A stretch of 64,000 nucleotides of DNA. Origin: Tubiluchus corallicola (lineage: Eukaryota; Animalia; Priapulida). Of this stretch, positions 13,990 to 28,044 are shown piece after piece. Numbering within the stretch: the first letter of the stretch is position 1; each line of letters begins with the position of its first letter. The DNA lies in the NCBI GenBank assembly GCA_030141605.1, contig JAQGDQ010001054.1, positions 3,347-67,346 of the forward strand, in the 5' to 3' direction. The position numbers and the translations under genes were made by a program. The notes beneath the pieces were generated by a model. The model was not told the DNA's origin. It was given only the letters and a program-made list of their open reading frames with translations, and searched no databases.

Positions 13990-14535
13990 GCTTTTCCAGT
14001 GTCGAGAGTAACTCGCCAAGTAACTCGTAAGCGTGTTCAGATTAGAGCGCAAAACCTGCTGCGAGTTACTCTCCGACAGTAAGCGTGAGCTGACACTGAC
14101 TTCTCTATTCACTGGGAGAAGCGTCGAGAGTAACTCATAAGCGTGTTCAGACTAGAAAGAAAACTTGCTGCGAGTTACTCTCCGTCAGTAAGCGTGAGCT
14201 GACACTCACTTCTCTGTTCACTGGGAGAAGTGTCGAGAGTAACTCGGCAAGTAACTCGCAAATGTGTTCAGATTAGAGCGCAAATATTACTGCGAGTTAC
14301 TCTCCGTAAGTAAGCGTGAGCTTACACTCACTTCTCGATTCACTGGGAGAAGTGTGGAGAGTAACTCGCCAAGTTACTTGCAAATGCGTTCACACTAGAC
14401 AGTAACTGGTAGGAGGTCAATTCGCAGCAAATGTTGCCAGTAGGAGAGTTTGCAAAAGCTTGCCAACAATAACTCGCGTAGGAGTTCACACTTTTGAGTT
14501 TGCTGTCAGAGAGAAAAACTCACTGGTCTGAACGA
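13990..14535. mobile_element. GAGTAACTC-rich MITE-like element with ~110-120-bp internal repeats (related to 30470-30747 and 42227-42719)
   Basis: Repeated gagtaactc/gagttactc and gtgttcagactag motifs; the end gagaaaaactcactggtctgaac resembles the right TIR of the 42227-42719 element. Confidence 0.55.
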
Positions 14536-14641
14536 GTTGATGAAAATAATTGACTTTGGCTGTGACTTCTTTACTGTGTGATCTAGCGAAACGAAACATA
14601 ATTTACTGATCCTTTGATCCAATGACTTTTCTCTGGCTTAA

Positions 14642-15178
14642 AGGAAAACCGGATGATTGTGTCAATTAGTTCAGAATAAAGAATGCTCTAAAATATTGAA
14701 AACTACAATAGCTTATTTTAAATCAAAGCTTAGATTAAATAATAATTACCTCGGATACTCAAATTTCGTTAAACTTTCAAAGCTACGCGCGGCTCAGTGA
14801 ATCTACTAAGTTTGGCAGCGGCGCCTTTTTGTCACATTCGCGTGGCCAACAAATAGGAGGCGATACCGTGATAACCATGATCATGAACTGCAGTGTTAGT
14901 TTCTGACGTCATATCCTGTAGAGCCCATTTCTCGTGACATCATGCGTTTAAACAGTACTGTAACATTTTTCAAATGTGCTCGACGCGCAAGGGAAGACGC
15001 CTGCCATTGGACAAACTGTGGTTAGTTTCTGACGTAAGCAATAGCTGTGTACGATTGCCGTTAATAATCTAATTATTCAAATATAACAAACAATTGCTAA
15101 CTTTTATAGGCAAGAAAACGTATATTTCGGACAGTAATTTAAAATGAGATTGAGTCTAAACAATCGTCCGGTCTTCCT
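14642..15178 (+). mobile_element. Kolobok-like MITE, family A, complete
   Basis: TTAA, then aggaaaaccggatgattgt ... acaatcgtccggtcttcct, then TTAA. A similar full-length second copy lies at 58977-59513. Confidence 0.88.
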
Positions 15179-15544
15179 TTAATTTTGACGAAATAAATCA
15201 ATTGACTCTGTAAACACGAGAACAGATCAACCATTGCAAGACACATCAAAGCGTCATTATTCTAATTTCAAGGTTTTACCATTGAAATATTCCTCGCATC
15301 ATCGTGCAAGCGTATCTGGGACAGCATGGCACGCAAGCCGGATCCTTTCAGTTTCATTCCGTGACGATGAATTGATGTTTATTTTCTCAAATATGATTTA
15401 ATCTAAATTGCCTTGTGAACGACTCCATTGACAGCAGCAACTAAACGCGAGTAAGGGTTTTAGCAAGTTTGACTGAAGCGTGTCCATTGTTACCACTTAC
15501 TGTCGAGAGCGTTCTGTTATAACCACACGAATCTTAAGGTTTAA

Positions 15545-16251
15545 AGGAAACAACAACACTTAGTATGTTTGGTTTATTTTACTGTTATCACCTAGTGCAC
15601 AAGAAAATACTCCACTTACGTAAAACTTACGTAAAATAATCGTCTGGAAATTTTATGCCACTTACATACTACCCTTTTGCATACAGGGCTTGCATTGGCA
15701 GTAACGCTGTATAAAACACGTAGATTTAAACACCCGCGATGTCCGTTAGACGATAAGTCGTTTGAAACAAGTTTAGATTACACTGCGTAAAGTTTGAAAA
15801 AAAATCAGAGCATTCACACGTCACTAACTAGGTAAAATTTAAAATTATTTAGTCAATAAAACTAAAAACTACGTTTTTTGGTTAGTGAATGGTGCACCCA
15901 GAAGGTGAGTGAAGGATAAAAGCCAATTGGTGAAAACATTTTAAATATATTTTAATTTTCTTTTTTAGTTACATAAGCCTTTTAAGTAGGAAAGCGAAAT
16001 TCTAAGTAATATAACTTTACATGGAAAGTTTTTTTGCGACATAATTTAACATTTCGTCCCCCCCCGATTAACGTGGCGCAGTGACGTCATGTAATGGCGC
16101 AGTCGGAACAGCATTGTGGGAGAATTTAAATGAAAACAAACCAGAAATCCTTTCAACGCGAGAATGATACAGGCACAATATTGCTATAAAGTAACACAAT
16201 TTTTAAGGCGATTTTTCTAAAACCTACTTCAGATACCCGTTTTCTTGTCCT
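15545..16251 (+). mobile_element. Kolobok-like MITE, family B
   Basis: TTAA-AGG ... cttgtcct-TTAA termini; body shared with 26900-27556. Confidence 0.65.
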
Positions 16252-16729
16252 TTAAACTTGGAAAAAATTAACAAACAAATTGACAAAACACTGTCCATAA
16301 AGCATAAAGTCAATTTGTGCTAAAACGCTGACCTGAACTTTTCAAGCGTTGTGGTAGCCATTCATTTGAAAATTGGTGATTTTAACCGGTGGATTTCGTG
16401 ATTTTCCGTAAGCGCGTCGTGGCTCTCCGTAAGTGCGCGTTGCTTAAACTAACTCAAACGTCTGCAATTTTCGAGTTGTTCATGGGCTAGTATGCGTATG
16501 TCCAGTGAAGCAGTCTACACCAAGCCCTTGACATACTGACCCTTGACAAGCAGTGAGCTTCTGATTAACCACCGGGAGGTTTTAATTGTCCATTTTGTGA
16601 ATCTCCAACGATTTGATCAAAGTTTAATTAAGATGCTCAACTTCGGACACGCAAACAGGTCAGTTACTGCCAAGAAATGAATTGATACCAAGTCAGTTTT
16701 CTTATACCAAGATTACTAAGATGTAACAT

Positions 16730-17612
16730 TGGAATAGTAGTGCGGTAATAGTGGAAAAGTGTTGAAATAACAGTGGGGTGATAGAGGAAAAGTGTTGAAA
16801 TAATAGTGGGGTAATAGAGGAAAAGTGTTGAAATAATAGTGGGGTAATAGTGGAAAAATGTTGGAATAATATTTGAAAAGTAGTGTAGTAATAGTGCAGT
16901 AATGGTGGAATAATTGTGGTATAACAATGGAGTAGTTGTGGAGTAGCAGTGGAGAAATAGTGGAGCAATAGTGGAGTAATGATGGAATAATTGTGGCATA
17001 ACAATGGAGTAGTTGTGGAGTAGCAGTGGAGAAACAGTGGAGCAATAGTGCAGTACTAGTGAAATATCAGTAGAGTGATAGCAGACTAATAGTGGAGCAA
17101 CAGTGCAGTAGTAGTGGAATATTAGTAGAGTGATAGCAGACTGAAAGTGGAGCAACAGTGCAGTAGCAGTGAAATATTAGTAGAGTGATAGCAGACTAAT
17201 AGTGAAGCAACAGTGCAGTAGTAGTGGAATATTAGTAGAGTGATAGCAGTCTGAAAGTGGAGCAACAGTGCAGTAGTAGTGAACTATTAGTAGAGTGATG
17301 GCAGACTAAATGTGGAGCAACAGTGCAGTAGTAGTGGAATATTAGTAGAGTGATAGCAGACTGAAAGTGGAGCAACAGTGCAGTAGTAGTGAACTATTAG
17401 TAGAGTGATAGCAGACTAAATGTGGAGCAACAGTGCAGTAGTAGTGGAGTATTAGTAGAGTGATAGCAGACTAAATGTGGAGCAACAGTGCAGTAGTAGT
17501 GGAATATTAGTAGAGTGATAGCAGACTAAAAGTGGAGCAATAGTGCAGCAGTTGTGAAATATTAGTAGAGAGATAGCAGACTAAAAGTGGAGCAATAGTG
17601 GAGTAATGATGG
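16730..17612. repeat. Compound minisatellite: 33-bp units followed by ~10 copies of a 55-bp unit
   Basis: Units gaaaagtgttgaaataatagtggggtaatagag and gcagactgaaagtggagcaacagtgcagtagtagtggaatattagtagagtgata. Confidence 0.93.
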
Positions 17613-17699
17613 AGTAATTGATGGATGAACATAATAAGTTATGGGTACACAGGGTGCACAGAAAAACAGTGTCTGCCTTTAAATGGGAAAAGGGTAACT

Positions 17700-18290
17700 T
17701 TAAAGGATGACCTAGAAACTTTTCACGCAATGTTATATTACTTAAGTTACGTTTACTTGTTTGAAAGACTTGCCTAACTGGAACAGAAAATTCCATATAC
17801 ATTACATGTTGTATACAGTGTTACTGTGAACGAAAGCTCTGTACGCAATAAGACAGTATTTAGGTGATACAATCTTTCAAGGCGATTTTTTTAGCTTTAT
17901 GTAAGTGGAAGGTTGTCTTGTCCTTTAAAAGAACTTTCCTGGAGGGGTGTACATTAGCCTAGCGTTTTAGTGTTGCCACTACAATCCCTTTTTAGCTTTT
18001 TGTAAGTAAAAGGTTGTATTGTTCTTTAAAAGAAGTTTCTTGGAGGGAGTGTACATTAACCTAGCTTTTTCGTGGCTACAATGCTTTTAAGCTTTATGTA
18101 AGTAAAGGGTTGTCTTGTCCTTTAAAGGAGTTTTTCTAGAGGGGGTGTACATTTGCCTAGCGTTTTAGTGTTACCGCTACAATTCGTTTTAGCTATATGT
18201 AAGTCAAGGGTTGTCTTGTCCTTTACAAGAAGTTTTATGGAGGGGGTGTACATTAACCTAGTATTTTCGTGTTGCCGCTACAATCCATAG
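17700..18290. repeat. Short Kolobok-like element (about 17704-17924) whose right end plus flank is tandemly repeated x4 (~100-bp unit)
   Basis: TTAA-aggatgacc start; ggttgtcttgtcctttaa...ggggtgtacatt...ctacaat recurs four times. Confidence 0.75.
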
Positions 18291-18589
18291 AATGTACAAT
18301 CCATTCTGAGCCTCCGCTAATACGCTTAACTTTTACACTGCAAAGAATGCGCTTGGAGAATCACTCTCATTTCTTAACACAGACAAAATGTTGGCCCATT
18401 TCATGACACCACTGACCCATGAATGATAATTCTCTATAGACAGTTATGCATCGTAGAAGCAGCTATGCCAACAATAACAGAGGCTTGAATCGTCCTTATT
18501 CGTGGCAAAATACTGTGTGTGGTTTGTGTATCGTTGTAAAGACAGATTACGTGAACTGTGATTAAAATTCTTTGCTGAATCGTGAGGTC

Positions 18590-19720
18590 TGATTAGCATT
18601 TTCTTTCTGGTTTTACAAACAGCATAAATGTGTAAAATTTGATTAATATTTTCTTTCTGGTTTATAAACAGCACGAATTTTAGAGGTGTGACTAATATTT
18701 GTTTCTTTTTTTACAAACGGCACGAATTTGCAAAGTTTGATTAACATTTTCTTTCTGGTTTTATAAACAGCACCGATTCGTGAAATTTTCCTTTTTGTTT
18801 TACAAACAGCATCATTTCGAGAGAACTGTGTAGAATTTTCTTTCTGGTTTTACAAAGAGCACCAGTTCGTGTGATGTGAATAATAATAATTTTCTTTCTG
18901 GTTTTTGTAAATTGTTGTTGATTAATGTGCAAGCTGTGATTGTAGTTTTCTTTCTGCTTTTACAAACAGCACGAACGTGTGTGATTTGTTTAATAATTTT
19001 CTTTCTGGTTTTACAAAGAGCATTCTGGTTTTTTAAATTTTTGTTTGTTAATATGCAAGCTGTGATTAATGTTTTCTTTCTGCTTCTACAAACAGCACGA
19101 ACTTGTGTGATTTGTTTAATAATTTTCTTTCTGGTTTTACAAAGAGCATTCTGGTTTTTTAAATTTTTGTTTGTTAATATGCAAGCTGTGATTAATGTTT
19201 TCTTTCTGCTTCTACAAACAGCACGAACTTGTGTGATTTGTTTAATAATTTTCTTTCTGGTTTTACAAAGAGCATTCTTGTTTTTTAAATTGTTGTTTGT
19301 TAATATGCAAGCTGTGATTAATGTTTTCTTTCTGGTTTTTCAAACAGCAGCAACTCTTGAAATTTAACTGACAATCTCTTCTTTTTTCAAGCAGCACGAA
19401 TTTTAGAGATCTGACTAATATTTTCTTTCTGGTTTTACAAACAGCACGAATTGTAGAGGTGTGACTAATACTTTCTTTCTGGTTTTACAAACAGCACGAA
19501 TTTTTGAAATTCAATTTTCTTTCTGGTTTTACAAACAGCGCGAATTTGTGAAATTCAACTTTTTTTCTGGTTTTACAAACAGCACGAATTTGTGAAATTT
19601 GATTCTCTTTCTTGTTTTACAAAAAGCGCGAATTCCTGAGATTTGATTAATATTTTCTTTCAGGTTTTACAACAGCACGGATTTGAGAAATTCGGTTTTC
19701 TGGTTTTACAAACAGCACCA
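18590..19720. repeat. Degenerate 40-60-bp minisatellite with a 126-bp higher-order block x3
   Basis: Core ttttctttctggttttacaaacagcacgaa; gcaagctgtgatt at 18929, 19055, 19181 and 19307. Confidence 0.9.
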
Positions 19721-20109
19721 ATTCTTGCTATCTACTAAGCTAACTAAACATTTTTTCTCATTTTACAGACAGCTGCCATTCGTCCATCTATTGACAGCGT
19801 CCAAAATGAAAAATACGCTGACCTTAATGACGCTGGTAAGTAGACATGTAACTTACTTTTCTTCCATTGTTCGTAGCGTCTTGGCCCATTGTGTGAAAAT
19901 GAAAACGGAATGGCTGTCCCAGAGGTAAAAGTGTTTTTTTGTGGTTTCTATGACAACGTAGCTGTAAGAAGTTTAGCTCATAAATGGGTACCGTTAATGG
20001 TTGCTCTAGTTTAGGGATGACATTGTTGTAAATCGTAAGAAAGCGGCAATTAAGTAAACTTAGATTAACAAGTGCTAAACTCTTTTTAGCGTCCAAGCTC
20101 TAAAAAATG

Positions 20110-20590
20110 TTTCTGAAATTCTGTCAGAAATAGAAAGATCTGTATTCGGCATGCAAACCGAAAATTTCTGTCACTAGCAGGATCTTGTGTATGCAGTGAC
20201 TTAATGCGATACAAGAACATGATTGGATGACCGGTTAAACAAGAGTTCTGAAATTCTGTCAGAAGTGGAAAGATCTGCATACAAACTAAAAATTTCAATT
20301 GCTAGTAATATAAATAGAAGGCAGGAGCTCGTGAACGCAGTGGCTAACTGCAGATGGCAGCTAAGTACGATGATACAAGAAGGAAATATGTTGACCTGTT
20401 TAACAAGATCTCCTAAATTCTGTCAGAAATACAAAGATCTTCATAGAAGCTGAAAATTTAGACGACAAGCGTATGCATAAGCAGTAGCTGAATGTTGGCG
20501 GAAGCGAAATACGATAAAAAACGTTGCAGAATGACCCACTAAACAAAATTTCTGAAATTTTGTCAGAAATGAAAAGATCTGCACATTAGA
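20110..20590. repeat. Old diverged tandem repeat (~140-165-bp units x4), with an inverted core at about 20815-20841
   Basis: Core tctgaaattctgtcagaaatagaaagatctg at about 20111, 20247, 20411 and 20551. Confidence 0.7.
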
Positions 20591-21800
20591 TCAAAACTTT
20601 AATTCAAACATTCGCAATAATAAACAGTGCATATATGCTGTTCACATCCTAAACATGTTTATTGTTTGCTTTTATTATGTAAATAAAGTCATTTTGTTTT
20701 TTGTTCTTGTTTGCACAATTGTTTTTAACGAATTATATGTCGATACCGAAGTGCATATTCCAAAGTTTAAATGTGCGTAATCTACTTTAAATGATCGTGA
20801 AATTTGTAGTTTGTATGCACATCTTTCTATTGCTGACAGAATGATGGAAAGTTAACACTATGATTTTATCAGGCCAGAACACAGTTTTGTTATCATCAAA
20901 AACCCAATACTTTCACACTGGTAGGATTAATATAATGGAATAAATTACCCTACCCCGAAATTATGGATATGGGCTCCATGACCTTGAAAACCAACCTATA
21001 AATCATGATCGTTTCTGCTCTGGCAGCTAAGATGAAGTCCAGGTATGCTAGTAACAGCCATCTTGTCAGCCATCTTGAAAATTGCGGCCATTTAGTACTA
21101 ATTTCGATTGACTTCATAACCAAAATTAATCACCTTAATCACCGGTTCTAGCACAGTGCAAACTTTCCTGCTTTTGAATCATGTCGACCAAATACCCTTT
21201 CATGTTGGTCAAATGGCGGCCATCTTTTTTGACGTCATAACAGGACACTTCAGGGTGCTCAAATTTCGGTCTAATTTTGGATATTTTGGATTTGAGCCCG
21301 CTATACTGTCAAACTAGCTGCTTATGCAATGGCTACTATGTACAATGTTTTGTAGTCAGTTACATGCAATAATTATCTGCCTACTGCCTGTGTTAGTTTT
21401 ATTTCTTATATTACATATTTTGTGTGCCATGCACAAGATAAAAAAAGGTTAAAAACGCATTTTCGACCCAAAAATTGCCCTACAAAATTAACTACTACTT
21501 ACTTTTCTTACATCTGTTTCTTATGCAGACATACAAAAAGCAAAATTACTTAATATACATTAAGAATAGTAATTAACAACGATTTGGTAAACTAAATCAC
21601 TAAGTTTCGTTCTAACAGCAGTGAAAAAGCTAGCATTAAAATAGTTTCCAGTTCAGTTGACTGACTGACAGCACGACCGATTGTACGTGTGTTTGGAATA
21701 CTAAATGCCGTATCACTATGTAAGGGTATATCTACGTTTTGCTGACCGTAGTTAATCTTTTTTGTTGTATCTTTAGTAAAGCAAACACTGATTTGTCCGG

Positions 21801-22055
<255 letters not shown>

Positions 22056-22279
22056 AAATTTCTTTAATCTTTATGTAAAGTCGGTTTCTGGATTAACAAT
22101 TAACATTAGCTCAAATAGCTATTATCGCCGATTGTAAGTAACAATCTACAACTACGTAACAGACCTATTATTGCCACAATTTTACCCTAAAATGCCACTC
22201 GTCAGGTAGGGCAATAGCAAGAACCACTTTTAAAGTCTTTGATACGGTATCGATCTCGCGACCTCCCAGACGCAAGTCT

Positions 22280-22545
22280 TCTAGTACAACACACTGAACA
22301 TCTTACAGTATCACTGTACTTCAATTCTCGCTTTCCCAAACGCGTGCAACACGCTCATGGAACATTTTTGCTATTGAAAGTTATGTTAGTTTGTGATGTC
22401 ATCAACAGTTGGGCTCGCCCACCGTTAATTAAGATTTTGATCTATTATTTACTTACCAGAAATGCTTTTGCAGTACTAAATGTGTTAAAATGTATACTTT
22501 TTATCGAATTTGAAAATGGGGTAGTATATGAAAAATCTTCTTTTA
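22280..22545 (+). mobile_element. Partial Kolobok-like family C copy
   Basis: Matches the 3' half of 1259-1879 up to gaaaatggggtagtatatgaaaaatc. Confidence 0.7.
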
Positions 22546-23358
22546 AACATTTCAAATTTTCTCTCTAAGAATTATTTCTGTTATGTAGTAACACATTTCA
22601 GGCTCTAGTAAGACTTCTGTAATAAAATTATGTTCCTGCTGTTAAACGTTTCGTGTTTCACTTCAAATGCAGTTATGCAAAACGATTATGCAAAATGATT
22701 ACGCAAAACGATTATGCATAATTCCTGGTAATAAACTTCTTTCCGCTGTAAACCTTTTCTCTTTCAGCGTCTTCTTTTACGCAAGAGGTTAGTAATGAGT
22801 TCCAATGTTGAATAATTTCGTAGGTCGGTATCGGGCAGGCCTATTATCAGTATTGAAATGTCTGAATTATATCAGTTCTGAAATACCTGATTTTAAGTTA
22901 GCCTTCTTTCTTTAAGCAACTGCAAATGCTAGTACACTATAAATGCTAATCAGTTAAGCTAGGATTGACCATTGATCAACGAATTTCAAAAAAATTAAAG
23001 GACAAGATAACACTATTCCTGAGCAAAGCTTGAAAAAATCGTCCTGAAATTTTGTACTTTTTGTACCATGTTATCTTATTGCGTGCAGAGTTTGCATTAG
23101 CAGTAACGCTGTATAAATCTTGTAAATCTTCTTTTAAACATCATATTCTCGCTAAGAATTATTTCTGTTATGTCGTAACACATTTCAGGCTCTAGTGAGA
23201 CTTCTGTAATAAAATTATGTTCCTGCTGTTAAATGTTTCTTGTTTGACTTCAAAAGCAGTTATGCAAAACGATTGTGCAAAACGATTGTGCAAAATGATT
23301 ATGCATAACTCCTGGTAATAAACTTCTCTTTCCACTGTAAACCTATTCTCTTTCAGCG
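22545..23358. repeat. ~225-bp direct duplication (22545-22770 and 23130-23358) flanking an inverted copy of about 5045-5372
   Basis: taagaattatttctgttatg...ctctttcagcgt is present twice; the intervening 22772-23120 is the reverse complement of about 5045-5372. Confidence 0.85.
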
Positions 23359-24499
23359 TGTGCCAGTTTTGACTGAATGTTACAAATCATCAGCGGGAGG
23401 TTTTTACTAGCAAATATAATAGCCTTAATTAAGCGCAACAATGAACAGTTAATAGCGCAGAGCTAAACAAACTCTGCAATGTTTTATGAGTACATAAATA
23501 ATTCCGTGTCGACTGTGTGACATGATTGGTTGCGTGAATGCATTTCTAAACGTGGCGTAATCGCGTCCTTTCAAACGTACAATGCTGGTATAACATCCTG
23601 TGCTAGAATTTGTTAGTTTAATACTGGCCAAGGACATGGCCAATGTATTGAGGAAAAATAAAAATGGCGCCTTTCTTTTTAATTCTTACTATTATTCATT
23701 GTTAAATAATGTCTATGTCTGATAAATTAAAGTCTGTTTTCGATAGTGGCTATAGCTGCTTACTGGTTATTGTTGTTTATTGTGTTGGTGGCTGATTGCG
23801 TGCGGAACAGTCACGATGGGCATGGCAAACTATCAAGACTTTGTTTAGCAAACTACACATTTATTAAATATCAAGCACAAACACGGCATACATAAGAGGA
23901 CAGTAATGGCAGCCCTCCGTCTTCAAGACAGTTGCTAATCTGCCCGAGGTGTGGGTCTCGAAATCCTTTTGTCTAACTACCTAATGCGCCCTGAGCTTCT
24001 GCGCATAAAGATTACATCATCAGTCTTTACTTCTGAGTCAGCCTGTCGACCATCAGTTGATCATCACGTGATGCCACACCTAACTGGGCTTCTAGCCACG
24101 ACGATGATTCAATCTTGCATCGTCAAGGATTTAATTTTTACTAATTTAATAATTTAATTAATAGTTCAGGCTTAAACCATTATTATAAACAGCTGTCCTT
24201 TACTTTCATATAGACAATTCAATGGCTGTCAGCCTACCAAAAATTCTGTACATAGTTCTTTAAGGACCATCCTGTACAAATTTAAACGATACTTTGGCTT
24301 AAGCTTAAGATAAGTAAGGGTGCGAGACTTCACTAAAAACAATCTCACTAAACGTTTACCCCAGATTTACTGCAAAAAAGAATAAAAAGTAAAATTACAA
24401 AAAAGTAAACACATAAATAAGAAACTCAAAACTAGCTGAACCGAGTTAGTTGACAATGCAGAATTTTATAGTTTTATAGTTTTGTATCAAGTTTTTGTT

Positions 24500-25010
24500 T
24501 TAGAAGATGCTCAAGTCACTGTCTCAAAGAATTTAAATTTAATTTTTATAAGATGTTAAAGTCTCCTCTCCCTAGGAAAATTTATTTAATTTTTAGAAGA
24601 TGTTATTAAAGTCTCCTCTCCCAAGGAAAATTCGTTTAATTTTTAGAAGATGTTCAAGTCATTGTATCAAAGAATTTAAGATATTTAATTTTATAAGATG
24701 TTAAAGTCTCCTCTCCTAAGGAAAACTTGGTTAATTTTTAAAATATGTTCAAGTCACTGCCTCAAAGAAAACTTATTTAATTTTTATAAGATGTTCAAGT
24801 CACTGTCTCAAAGAAAAGATTTTTAACTTTTATAAGATGTTAATGTCTCCTCTCCCAAGGAAAACTCATTTAATTTTATAAGATGTTTAAGTCTCCTCTC
24901 CCAAGTAAAACTTATTTAACTTTTATAAGATGTTCAAGTCGCTGTCTCAAAGAAAACTTATTTAATTTTTATAAGATGTTCAACTCGTTGTCTCAAAGAA
25001 AACGCATTTA
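24500..25010. repeat. ~45-bp minisatellite with two alternating unit variants
   Basis: ttttataagatgtt followed by caagtcactgtctcaaagaaaac or aaagtctcctctcccaaggaaaac. Confidence 0.9.
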
Positions 25011-25763
25011 ATTATAGGCTATTAAGCGTTAGAAAAACTTAACCATAAATTTGCACTAAAAGTGCCCTATTAAATTAGAGACATCCCAAAGAAGAGAGGA
25101 CCTAAAATACTGCCTTGAGTAACACTGCCAGAGACGAAAATTAGGATTAACATGATCTGCATATTTATGCAGGTAGATGTATATGCAACGCTACAAATTC
25201 GAACACCAGATCTGTTGTAATCGTATTAAGGGCAGTCTGATTCTTGCAATACTTTTAACGAACCCTTTTTTTAAAAACTCAGTTCTTTACAGTTACTGCT
25301 TCAGGTAAACAATAAGCTTTAATCGTACAATGTTAGCGTGGGGGTGGCAAAAGATCATAAACAAAGTACTGCGTAATAAAATGCTTTTGTCTGATTGAAG
25401 ATGTGCAATTTCAAAATAATTTGAAATTATATAGCCATAAATTTAGCTGGTTTGATGATTACGCAAGCAGTTTACTGGTGCATAAGTCAATCTTGAGTAC
25501 AGTGAACCAGTAATTTAATCGCAGGAGGTAAATTATTATGTCCTATTTTTTAAGGTAAATGTAAATATTTAAATGCAAAAAATTTTAACATTTGAATGTT
25601 GAATTCTAACTTTGGACAAAAAAAGTTTAAAACCCTTGAGCCCTAAGAAGAAGCGCAGAGAAGTACATTTGTAAATTATATTGTTGCTCTGTTCAGAGTT
25701 ATGATAAAACAGTATTGACGAAGAACCACTTTAACATTTTTATACATTTCAACTTAACTTCTG

Positions 25764-25844
<81 letters not shown>

Positions 25845-25900
25845 CCATCACCATCACCATTATCATCACCATCACCATCATCATCATCATCACCTCCACT

Positions 25901-25937
<37 letters not shown>

Positions 25938-25978
25938 TCATCGTCGTCGTCGTCGTCATCGTCATCGTCATCGTCATC

Positions 25979-26052
<74 letters not shown>
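25764..26052. repeat. Compound microsatellite (CAT)-(CAC)-(CGT)-(TAT)
   Basis: Directly visible. Confidence 0.97.
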
Positions 26053-26065
<13 letters not shown>

Positions 26066-26899
26066 ATTTCCGACAAATCAGTGTTTGTTTTTCTAAAGAT
26101 ACAGCAAGAAAGATGAACGTTTGTATCGGTGCTGTGTAATCAGTTTGTTTACCGAATGAGTTATGATTATACGAAATAAAAAAAACAATATATTTTAGTA
26201 ATCTTTCACGTATATTTATAAGACCGAACCGTTGTCTTTTCTATCTCTTTTTGTTCACGAGACAGCGGCCATGTGGGGGAGGGGGAGGGGGCGGTATTAC
26301 ATCTAGGTTATGTCTATAGATACTATAGAAAGACCAATGTACAGTACGTTAAAAAATCATACTCGCTAAACGAAAGTAAATTTTGTATTTAATCTGAGCT
26401 GCTGACCCAAGCGATTTGGAATTTGTAAAGCAGGTCAAATGATTAAAGACGTATGCATGCCTTACAAAACACTGACACATAAACGCTCTGGCTTATACGC
26501 TCTATGAATACAAATGGTCAGAGCGCTTACGACGAGAGAAAGTGAGTTTTTACAGTTGGTAGAGCGTATTATTAACAAATATATCTGTGGAGTAAGTGTG
26601 ATTTCCGACTGTGTTTCGTAATTTATTAACTTTTTCATTTTTATGTTTTACGGTTGTTATGTTTGATAAATTAAATGAAATACTTCTGCCCGAAAACCTT
26701 AATATAGCTGCCTTAGGAACTAATGATCTGTTGAAGTTGTTATTATTCGAAAAAGATGAATTTAACTATGTTGCTAGCTGTAAAATATTCCAATGCATGC
26801 ATGACTTTATATTACGTACTAAACGCTTCCAGTAGTTTCTATCTGATATGAAATGCATCAGTCTTAAATATTTGTACATTAATATTCTCTAACCTTCCA

Positions 26900-27556
26900 C
26901 CTACAACATAAAGCTCAGGAAATTCGTCTTGAAATTTTATATCACTTACTTACTGCCTTTTTGCATGCAGGGCTTGCGTCGCCATAACGCTATAAGAAAC
27001 ATGCAAAATTCAAACTACTGCGATGACCTTTAGACGCAGCCATTTTGACGATAAATCATTTGAAATAAGTTTTGATAACATTGAGTAAAGTTTGAAAAAT
27101 TAATCGGAGCATGCGTAGCGCACACGTCACTAAGTAAAATGTTAAATTGGTCGATCTTGTCAATAAGATAAAATAGGTTTTTTGGTTAGTGAGTGGCGCA
27201 CCCTGGAGGTGAGTCAACGACATTTCAACAATTGGTGAAAACATTTTAAATAATTAATCATTTTCTATTTACATAAATTTTTCCAACAGGTAAGCGAAAT
27301 GCTAAGTAATATCTTTGCTTGGAAAGTTTTTTGGGACATAATTTAACATTTCATTTTCTTCCCCTGCTTATCGTTGTGCGTACATGACTTCATGTAATGG
27401 CGACTTCAGAACAGTATTGCGGGAGATTTAAAATGAAAGCAAACAAAAATTCATTTTAACGTGAGTACGATATACGCATAAAATTGCTATAAAGTAATTT
27501 AATATTTCACGGTGATTTTTCTGAAACCTTCTTCCGGTACCTCTTTTCTTGTCCTT
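26900..27556 (+). mobile_element. Kolobok-like MITE, family B, diverged copy
   Basis: Collinear with 15600-16251; ends ttttcttgtccttta. Confidence 0.65.
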
Positions 27557-28044
27557 TATGTACCCATGGCTTTCATAGCAAATCTAAAGCGAGTGTTCCG
27601 TGGAGAAATGACAGTGAAATTATTGTGTGAAGCAACGACTATTCTCTCAAGATGGAACTAATCCACATTTCCCGAAGTTTTGAAACTCAAAGAGACCAAA
27701 AGAAGGGAAAAACTAGTAAATAGTCTGGATTTGAACCGGAGACGTTTGGATTACATTACTCTGACGTCCACCAACACCATCGAAGTTCAAATTATAAAAC
27801 AACAATTAAACATGGATTTCATGGATTGACATAAAAATTGTACCTCATAAAAATCAAAAGCTCGTTAGAAATTAAATAGCATTTCAAAGAAAGACTTTTG
27901 AACCTGTGTCACCACCCTGTGATAAAGAAAAATAAGCCATAAACCAAACAAACAAGCAAATAAGCAAACAAACAAATAAACAAACAAGCAAACAAACAAA
28001 CAAACAAAGGTAATAATCATATTGATAATATATACAAACATAAT

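Noticed and set aside
18876-19367. 163-aa hydrophobic ORF with 42-aa repeats
   Set aside because: Product of a 126-bp T-rich tandem repeat; no other coding evidence.
20110-20590. Repeat-spacer array with a ~31-bp conserved core
   Set aside because: The intervening segments are homologous to each other, so this is a diverged tandem repeat.
23781-24078. Solo LTR
   Set aside because: TG...CA ends and a minus-strand AATAAA are present, but there is no TSD and no second copy to support it.
27720-27785. tRNA gene on the minus strand
   Set aside because: Has B-box-like ggttcaaatcc and a weak A box but no convincing cloverleaf; at most a SINE remnant.
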